A stretch of DNA of 64,000 nt from a virus. Shown here one piece after another: positions 9,731 to 16,520 of the stretch; within the stretch, counting starts at the first letter, position 1, and the number at the start of each line of letters is the position of its first letter. The translations under genes were made by a program, and so were the position numbers. The notes beneath the pieces were generated by a model. That model was not told where the DNA came from, ran no database searches, and worked only from the letters and a program-made list of their open reading frames with translations. The stretch spans positions 1-64,000 of the IMG/VR virus record IMGVR_UViG_3300042922_000923. One strand, given 5' to 3'.

Positions 9731-10027
9731 TTATAAAATTGATGCTGTTGATGTGATAACCTCATAGGCTACCTCTAGTAATACTGCTGTTGTGATATAT
9801 AAAACTTCTATTGCACTTACTGTATTATTTGTATCTAGTGCCATAGCTTTTACTGGTAGAGGTAAAGACATAGGCATGAAACAAACTAAAGATATTAGTA
9901 GTAACCTTGTTTTTAAATTTAATTCTGAAGGAACCTTTAAGTCTGTTACTGATAAATTTCCTCTGTTTATTTCCATAAATTCGTGAATTGACATTGTAAT
10001 TTCCTTTCTCATTTTAATAGCCTCCAT
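9731..10027 (-). CDS. Membrane protein with shared TMSxxxF..RG leader
   Basis: Paralogous N-terminus, hydrophobic segment, AMA motif. Confidence 0.6.
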   Translation of the reverse strand: MEAIKMRKEITMSIHEFMEINRGNLSVTDLKVPSELNLKTRLLLISLVCFMPMSLPLPVKAMALDTNNTVSAIEVLYITTAVLLEVAYEVITSTASIL

Positions 10028-10066
10028 GCATAATATTTATTTTAATTGACATACTAAGTTTATAAA

Positions 10067-10609
10067 TTAAATTTGACGTAGAATATCTAAACTATTAGAA
10101 TAAGCTACTTGTTCCATCATTGAGCTAAAAGCTAAAGTAACATCAGGCATATGAAGATTTGGAATAGTTTCTAGTATTAACTTAAAGAAGTCATCTGCAA
10201 AGTAGACTGTACAAAAAGCTAGTCCATATTTTAAAACTTCAGATGGTATGCTTTTCCAGAATCTATTTTTTATAGCAGCTCTAACTTCATGTATGCCTGC
10301 AAATGCACAAGTTCCATAGGTTATATTTTTAATAACATTTAATAGAATCTCAGGTTTTGGTACAGTTACTATCTGCTCAGTGGATAATGAAGAAGCTGGA
10401 ATTGCAGTAGTAGCAAATGTAACTGTTGGGTTAGCTATAGCACATACTGTAGCTAATATAGCAACTGAGACAGCATATTTAAAATCGTCATTATTTACTA
10501 TTTTTTCAAAAGGAGTTTCTAATCCATTCTCCTTAATTATTTCATTTACTGTTAAATTTCCACGTTCCATTTCCATAAATTGACTTATTGACATTGTTAC
10601 TTTTTTCAT
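10067..10609 (-). CDS. Pilin-like membrane protein with shared leader
   Basis: Full-length similarity to 8933..9370 (IP..(V/G).KY..A(F/Y)), TFA motif. Confidence 0.6.
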   Translation of the reverse strand: MKKVTMSISQFMEMERGNLTVNEIIKENGLETPFEKIVNNDDFKYAVSVAILATVCAIANPTVTFATTAIPASSLSTEQIVTVPKPEILLNVIKNITYGTCAFAGIHEVRAAIKNRFWKSIPSEVLKYGLAFCTVYFADDFFKLILETIPNLHMPDVTLAFSSMMEQVAYSNSLDILRQI

Positions 10610-10708
10610 TTTTATTCCTCCAGAATTAAATTATTTTTTTTGAATTTACGAATAATTAAAATTAAAATGGTTAAACTAATATCATAAAATTAAAGCGAGG
10701 TGATTATT

Positions 10709-10777
10709 ATGTTCTCTTTCGTAGTTGGCGCAAGTTTCATGTATGCCTTAGCAGAAGCTGCTTGTAGATTTTTCTAA
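10709..10777 (+). CDS. 22-aa hydrophobic peptide
   Basis: GAGGTGA RBS then MFSFVVGASFMYALAEAACRFF; plus-strand terminator downstream. Confidence 0.55.
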   Translation: MFSFVVGASFMYALAEAACRFF

Positions 10778-10892
10778 TTCTTAATATTTTCTTAAGATTT
10801 ATATAGATATACACAAAACTGGAACCTTTCGCTTTTGCCCTGCATATGCTAACGTGTAGCGTAACGCAGTGAGCAGAGCGAGTTAGCTTACT

Positions 10893-10930
10893 GGCCTAAG
10901 TCTGCATATGTGGATTTAGGCTTATTTTTT
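10893..10930 (+). terminator. Plus-strand terminator
   Basis: CCTAAGTCTGCAT/ATGTGGATTTAGG stem whose mismatches are G·U only on the plus strand, followed by a T-run. Confidence 0.55.
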
Positions 10931-11012
10931 ACCAAAAATGCTTTTTTTAAGCATATTTTTATGGAAATATATGGTTTTCGTTAGACCTTAACTGACTTTA
11001 AAATTACATAAA

Positions 11013-11207
11013 TTATTCTGTACTTTGTTCTTTAGTATTATTAGAATGTTTGTGTTTTTCCATATCTTCTCTTATTAAGCCTTTAACATAGTAGCTAAAA
11101 TCTTTCCCTTCTAGATACTTCAGCATGTCATCTTCTGTCTTTTTAAAGCTCACCGTTTTTGCTGGTGGCCTGTCTTTCTTTTTCCCCTGAGTTGTCTTAG
11201 TATTCAT
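11013..11207 (-). CDS. Ribbon-helix-helix DNA-binding protein
   Basis: KTVSFK...FSYYVKGLIREDM pattern. Confidence 0.65.
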   Translation of the reverse strand: MNTKTTQGKKKDRPPAKTVSFKKTEDDMLKYLEGKDFSYYVKGLIREDMEKHKHSNNTKEQSTE

Positions 11208-11346
11208 TGTTTGTCCTCCTAATGTCTTTTGATAATATATCTTATACAGAAGTTCACTGAAATGTGCAGTAATTTCATGAAATTTTTTGAAATTTCAATA
11301 AAAATTTGTATAAAAAAAGGTGCTGCCTTTGCAACACCTTTAAAAA

Positions 11347-11571
11347 TCAGGTTCCTATAATTTCATCAATAGAAGTCAGTACCTTTTCATTCTTTACTTT
11401 TTGTTCGTTTTCCTCTTTTTTAGGTTCTATTTGAACACTTTTGCAGTTGTCTAAGTCATTATTTATCAAATAATTGATGTAATTACTGAAGTCAAAGCCA
11501 CGTTCTTTAGCTTTGGTTTCTGCTTTTTGCAAAATATTAGTATCTAAACTGATATTTTTACTTTTTTTCAA
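11347..11571 (-). CDS. ParR-like RHH partition adaptor
   Basis: SKNISLD...FSNYINYLINND RHH with acidic/hydrophobic tail; coupled to parM. Confidence 0.7.
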   Translation of the reverse strand: MKKSKNISLDTNILQKAETKAKERGFDFSNYINYLINNDLDNCKSVQIEPKKEENEQKVKNEKVLTSIDEIIGT

Positions 11572-12460
11572 ACTTGCTCACTCCTACCTGATAGAACGCT
11601 TTAGCGTTTAGGTATATATCATCCTTTTTAACTGGTTCCGGTAAGTATTTCTTTAGATCCCATGAACCACCACCCATAAAGTTTCTTATAGATGTATGAT
11701 ATTCCTTAAATCTATTAACAACATTCATAATAATTTCATCTGTGTGATCCTGAAGTATTTTATCTATGAGATTAGTTACATCAATATCTTTACCATCAAC
11801 AATAATTTTATTATCCTTTATAATTTTTACAGCTCTTAAAGTATCATAGGATACTCTATGCTTTGCTTTAATAGCTTGTACAACTTTATCATAGAGCTTT
11901 AACATGCCTAGTTCAAATGTTCCAGTCTTAACTAGTGTAAGGTCATTAAATAAGCTTACATCAACAGTAAGACCTCCAATATCTATAACAATGTTATCAG
12001 TTCCTTCAAAGTCTTGAGGGTTTAAAATAAATAATCCTGCTGACTGTGGAAATACAATACACTTTCTAATTGTAAAACGTTTTGGTACATTATTGATTAC
12101 AATAGTCTCAGTAATATCCTCTAAGCTCTCCATTAGCTCTTGTTTCTGATCCTGAAAGTACTCAGCTGGAAGACCAGTAATAAGATAAATATCAGCTACA
12201 GTATCATTTTTCATTTGTCTTGCTATTGCTGTAAATAAGCATAGCCTAAAAATTGGATCTTGAATCTTATTAAGTGCAGTACTAAATTTTCCTGACCTTT
12301 CTCCAATAGTATAGCTCTTTCCATTGTGTTCTATTTTTATAGCTTTTTTATTTACCTCATTTGTACCTTCTACAAGTGTACTTAAAAATATGTCTGTTCC
12401 CTTTGCTCCACATACTTTTGTATGTAGATATCCTACATCAATACCTAAAATATAGCTCAT
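11558..12460 (-). CDS. parM: ParM/StbA actin-like partition ATPase
   Basis: GIDVGYLHTK, TGLP, PQSAG, IDIGGLTVD, GGGS actin-fold motifs. Confidence 0.9.
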   Translation of the reverse strand: MSYILGIDVGYLHTKVCGAKGTDIFLSTLVEGTNEVNKKAIKIEHNGKSYTIGERSGKFSTALNKIQDPIFRLCLFTAIARQMKNDTVADIYLITGLPAEYFQDQKQELMESLEDITETIVINNVPKRFTIRKCIVFPQSAGLFILNPQDFEGTDNIVIDIGGLTVDVSLFNDLTLVKTGTFELGMLKLYDKVVQAIKAKHRVSYDTLRAVKIIKDNKIIVDGKDIDVTNLIDKILQDHTDEIIMNVVNRFKEYHTSIRNFMGGGSWDLKKYLPEPVKKDDIYLNAKAFYQVGVSKFEKK

Positions 12461-12481
12461 TCTAAAAATTCCTCCCTTAAA

Positions 12482-12577
12482 TTATGTGTATGTTATGCTC
12501 ATGTTATACACACATGTTTCATTATTTTATACTTCTCAAGAACATTATATGTAAATTATGCGCATGTTGTCAACATT
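12482..12577 (-). promoter_or_regulatory. parC-like centromere iterons overlapping the parM promoter
   Basis: 11-bp-period repeats TTATGTGTATG/TTATGCTCATG/TTATACACACA and TTATATGTAAA/TTATGCGCATG; minus-strand TTGACA-N18-TATAAT at 12573-12544. Confidence 0.65.
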
Positions 12578-12846
12578 TTCTGCATTAAATGCTAAAAAAA
12601 TAAGGAATAACGTAAAAGTTACACGCTATTCCTTAGAAAATAATATTTTAGTAGAACGTCTGTCTAAATATAACATATATGCTAAACTATTTCAATTTGT
12701 TACAGAAAAATTTTTATATTTCATATTTCCTTTTATAGTAAGCTGTGCTATAATAATCCTAATGAATGTACTAATTCATAAATTAATTTCTCATTTGCCC
12801 TCATGCAAAAAACAGTAGTTGGTAGGCTACTGTTTTTTATTTGCTG

Positions 12847-13182
12847 CTAATACATATTGTAGTTCTTTACCAATTTAGCATTAATAAGAGCTACTAGTGC
12901 TTCCATTTGAACTAAAGTTAAACTAGATGCTAGATTAGGAGATAAATAATATCCATTCGTATAGACTGGGATGCACTGTGTCTTTTCTGATAACCAGATT
13001 ATTGGACTAGTACTCAAAGGCATTTCAGCATTAATTATGTTTTTAGGTTTGTTATAGATCCTTATTAGGCATTCCACGTGACTAGGCTGTGCGTATTCTA
13101 CTTCTCCTGTAGGATGAACTATTGCTTCACAATAGTTAATATGCTTATGCTCCTTTATAAACTCTTTAAAATTACGTTTCAT
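12847..13182 (-). CDS. Hypothetical phage protein
   Basis: 111 aa, YCEAIV.P.G.VEYA.PSH motif. Confidence 0.6.
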   Translation of the reverse strand: MKRNFKEFIKEHKHINYCEAIVHPTGEVEYAQPSHVECLIRIYNKPKNIINAEMPLSTSPIIWLSEKTQCIPVYTNGYYLSPNLASSLTLVQMEALVALINAKLVKNYNMY

Positions 13183-13232
13183 TACTGCTCTTCTCCCTCT
13201 TATTCTGACTTTTGATTATACTATTTTAATTA

Positions 13233-13463
13233 CTAAGCTTCCAAATGAGTGCAACCATCTACATATCTGTTAAAGCTATAGTCAACATGATACGCTCCAA
13301 ACCATTCTGATTTTTCATTCATACACATATTTGAAGATGCAGGATAAGAATATTGTTTACTATGCTTACATTCCTTACATTTTCCATTATATACACAGTC
13401 TTCATGTTTATCTTTTATAATAATTTTCTTTTCCAGTGCTTCTTTAAATGTCAAATAAATCAA
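13233..13463 (-). CDS. Small Cys-rich protein
   Basis: CKECKHS...MC..EKSEW; RBS present. Confidence 0.55.
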   Translation of the reverse strand: MIYLTFKEALEKKIIIKDKHEDCVYNGKCKECKHSKQYSYPASSNMCMNEKSEWFGAYHVDYSFNRYVDGCTHLEA

Positions 13464-13491
13464 CTCCTTCCTAATATATTAGTATTGCGAA

Positions 13492-13689
13492 CTACTGATT
13501 TAATAATTCTTCATAAGTAAGTTCTTTAATTTGCTTAACCTCATAAATTAATACGCTATTAATAACATCGTTTTTAAATCTTTCACTTTTTAATGTATTT
13601 CTCATTGATTCTGTAAGTTTTTCCTCTGTATCACTTTCAAATGTAACATTTTCATTTTTATTTAAACTAACTTTTGCTTGATATAACAT
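13492..13689 (-). CDS. Hypothetical protein
   Basis: AGGAGG RBS, 65 aa. Confidence 0.55.
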   Translation of the reverse strand: MLYQAKVSLNKNENVTFESDTEEKLTESMRNTLKSERFKNDVINSVLIYEVKQIKELTYEELLNQ

Positions 13690-13834
13690 TTTTAATTCCT
13701 CCTTTTATTTTCAAAATACATTTGCTATAATTAAATATAGTGAATGTATTTTGAAGTTGGGTTTTGCCCTCAAACAGTGGTTTGGTAGACTACTGTTTTT
13801 TTATTTTTGCTACGCCATTTTTACAAACTGTAAA

Positions 13835-14044
13835 TTATTCTATGAATCCTCGTATTTGTGTACTATTAAACAGTGTAGGTTTCCCTTCACATGCTGCCAT
13901 TAAGTCTGAATACTGGTCGGGTATTGTTAATACACATTCATTTTCATATTTTTCTAAGACTGTGTACTCAACTAATTGCTTCTTTGGAACTACATCTTGT
14001 GTAAAAATTTCTATTAGTACCTTCATGAAGAATACCTCCTTCAA
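13835..14044 (-). CDS. Hypothetical protein
   Basis: AGGAGG RBS before the internal Met. Confidence 0.5.
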   Translation of the reverse strand: MKEVFFMKVLIEIFTQDVVPKKQLVEYTVLEKYENECVLTIPDQYSDLMAACEGKPTLFNSTQIRGFIE

Positions 14045-14249
14045 TGTTAATTAAAGTTGATCTATAAGCCACAGTCCCACTCTTATTTCTAGATTCTTTA
14101 TAGCTTTAGCAAAGTTCTCAAGGATTTCTGTTTCATTATACGCCTTAGTAAATTCAACACCTATGTTACTAGGCTTATGCACTAGTAGTTCCTGCTTTTT
14201 ATAAATCACTAAGTCTTCATGGTCAAATAATCCAATTTTCACTTTTACA

Positions 14250-14582
14250 TCACTCCTTTTTTGTTTTTTCCTTAGATAAACTTCCTTGTGGTACATCTTC
14301 TAAAAATTCTGGTTTTGAAATTTTAAATACTTCACAGTATCTTGATAAACATTGGTATATATAATATTGCTTTTCATTAGCTTTAGAAGTTTTACTTGCA
14401 GTATCTAAAAGGTTGCTTATTTCATCTAGTAATTTCACGAATGGATCATTGTTAAATTTTTCTTTTTTCATAGTTTCGATGCTTTTAATCTTCTTAAATA
14501 GCTCTTCATATTCCTTATTTTTATCTAGTATTTCCTGAAAGTCTTTATATGGTAGTGTAACTGTTGCAGTTTGTAGTAACAT
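14250..14582 (-). CDS. Hypothetical protein
   Basis: 110 aa, GGAGG RBS. Confidence 0.55.
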   Translation of the reverse strand: MLLQTATVTLPYKDFQEILDKNKEYEELFKKIKSIETMKKEKFNNDPFVKLLDEISNLLDTASKTSKANEKQYYIYQCLSRYCEVFKISKPEFLEDVPQGSLSKEKTKKE

Positions 14583-14596
14583 GATTTTTCCCTCCT

Positions 14597-14902
14597 TTAT
14601 TCTTTTATTATAGAAATTTTATAGTTCTCTATTAGACCACTTATTAAAACAGGTTCAGTATTCCATTCTATAAAATCATATTCTCCTAGTTTCACTTTCT
14701 GTCTACGTTTCATTTCTTCAGGAGTCATAGGGTACCCTCTTTCAACCCACGTTGCGTACCCTGGTCCATAGTTTCTATGAGGCTTATTTACAAATACTTC
14801 AACAGAACCTATTTGGTTCCTAACAATGTAATTAAAACCATTTAAATGTAGCCACATTAATTCAGTTATTTCTGTATTATTCATATTAACACCTTCTCTC
14901 AA
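14597..14902 (-). CDS. Hypothetical phage protein
   Basis: GFNYIVRNQIG..EVF..KP...FIEW.TEP pattern common in Firmicutes phage proteins. Confidence 0.6.
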   Translation of the reverse strand: MREGVNMNNTEITELMWLHLNGFNYIVRNQIGSVEVFVNKPHRNYGPGYATWVERGYPMTPEEMKRRQKVKLGEYDFIEWNTEPVLISGLIENYKISIIKE

Positions 14903-14910
14903 AATTTTAT

Positions 14911-15978
14911 TTATTTTATATAAGCTATATGCTTGTCTATATTTAAAACTCCATATAAATAGTTAAGTACAAATCTATAACCATATCCAGCATCACTAGG
15001 AACCCAGTATAGATTACTCCAAATTGGAATAGATCCTGGTCTAAACTTTACCCATCTATATCGCTTTTTGCGAATCCATTCTCCACCACGCATCATTTCT
15101 CTATAAATACCTGGTTTCTTTTCTTTTAATCTGTCAAATCTGTCTTCATCGCGTATTATACCAAATCCACAGGTATCACAGCCAGTCCTTTGTTCTCCCA
15201 TTAGCATAAATGTACCATCAATTCTTTTAACTATATAACCATAATCTGGTGGGTACTCTATCATATTATAGAATATACATGCTAATTTATCCTGCTCTGT
15301 CCAAGCTCCTAAAGGAGTACATTTAGGAACATTTCTACTATTCATAATGCATCCTTCTTTTAAGTAATTCTTTTTTCTTTCCCTGCTTTCCTCAGCACGT
15401 TCTCCTGTTATTGGTTTCTTATGAGATGTTTTCTCCCACTTTGCTAATGGTCCCTCTTTTGTTTTAATGCAGCACTTTTCAGATATTTCATAAGGTGCAT
15501 ATATAAATTCTTGATATTTCTTAGGAATAGTCCCTTCATAAACGTGTTTGCCATTTCTACCTTCGTATCCATGAAGTCTTCTTTCCTTTACCCAGTCAAA
15601 TTTAGTTCTGTTATACCTGCATATAGACATTGCTACTATTTTACTAAGTACAGGGTATCCCCATTCTTTTATTACTTTCTTTTTAGAAACACCAGATTTT
15701 ATCAAAGTATCTCCATGTTCCTTATTAAATTTTATATTACCTGTAGGTTCAACTGAAGCAACGCATACACATTCAATGTTTTTTGTTTCTCCTGATTGTT
15801 TTGCTAACCATCTTACTAAAGCAGAATCTATTCCACTGGTGCTAAGATAAACGTCACCTTCATTTTGCCTATAAAATATTTCTAATGTTCTTATTCCTTT
15901 TATTACCTTGCATTGCCAAGGTAAGCTTTGTCGTTGATAAAATTCTCCTATATTCAATTCAATCACCTTATAAATCAA
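14911..15978 (-). CDS. PAPS-reductase-family (adenine nucleotide alpha-hydrolase) protein, phage type
   Basis: PP-loop-like STSGIDS, CCxxxKExP, TGERAEESxxR, RTGCDTCGFG. Confidence 0.8.
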   Translation of the reverse strand: MIYKVIELNIGEFYQRQSLPWQCKVIKGIRTLEIFYRQNEGDVYLSTSGIDSALVRWLAKQSGETKNIECVCVASVEPTGNIKFNKEHGDTLIKSGVSKKKVIKEWGYPVLSKIVAMSICRYNRTKFDWVKERRLHGYEGRNGKHVYEGTIPKKYQEFIYAPYEISEKCCIKTKEGPLAKWEKTSHKKPITGERAEESRERKKNYLKEGCIMNSRNVPKCTPLGAWTEQDKLACIFYNMIEYPPDYGYIVKRIDGTFMLMGEQRTGCDTCGFGIIRDEDRFDRLKEKKPGIYREMMRGGEWIRKKRYRWVKFRPGSIPIWSNLYWVPSDAGYGYRFVLNYLYGVLNIDKHIAYIK

Positions 15979-16161
15979 ATTGCCTCGATTTATAAGGAAA
16001 TGGTTATTAAGGCTTGCCTGTATTCAGGGAGTTCCTTTTCATACATATATGACGAGTGCATTTTACGCTTTAACTCATGACTTTTCGCAATAATTATTAG
16101 TGGCTAACCAATAATTATCTATGCAACCTGGTTCACCAGGATTAATTGAATTGAATTACAC

Positions 16162-16461
16162 TTAAAGCTCAACTTCTATTGCTCTAGTTGATTTGTTGTC
16201 AAAAATGCCTAGAATTTTTACATTAGACATTGTTCTTACTGTCTTCGCCCATTCTTTAAATGCTTGTAATGCAGAATCTTCGTTTAAATGTTCTATAGAT
16301 CTTTGCTGAGTCTTATAGTGACCTTTTCTAGTATCATAAGTAAAATGTATAAGATACTTATGAACTTCTACTTGAATTTTAACTGGTATCCTTTTAGTTT
16401 CCTCCATTACACTCACCTTTCTTAGTTTCTCTATAGTATAGTATATGTTATAAATTCCCAT
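16162..16461 (-). CDS. Hypothetical protein
   Basis: ORF; likely start at MEETK. Confidence 0.5.
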   Translation of the reverse strand: MGIYNIYYTIEKLRKVSVMEETKRIPVKIQVEVHKYLIHFTYDTRKGHYKTQQRSIEHLNEDSALQAFKEWAKTVRTMSNVKILGIFDNKSTRAIEVEL

Positions 16462-16520
16462 ATATACACGTAGTATTAATAAATTTTATTTTTATATTTT
16501 ATCTTTTGTACTCTTAAAAC

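Noticed and set aside
12558-12818. 86-aa plus-strand ORF
   Set aside because: No RBS; overlaps parC/promoter and the candidate sRNA unit
14051-14296. 81-aa ORF as annotated
   Set aside because: N-terminus overlaps the upstream gene; a shorter product from the GTG near 14247 is plausible but the start cannot be fixed confidently
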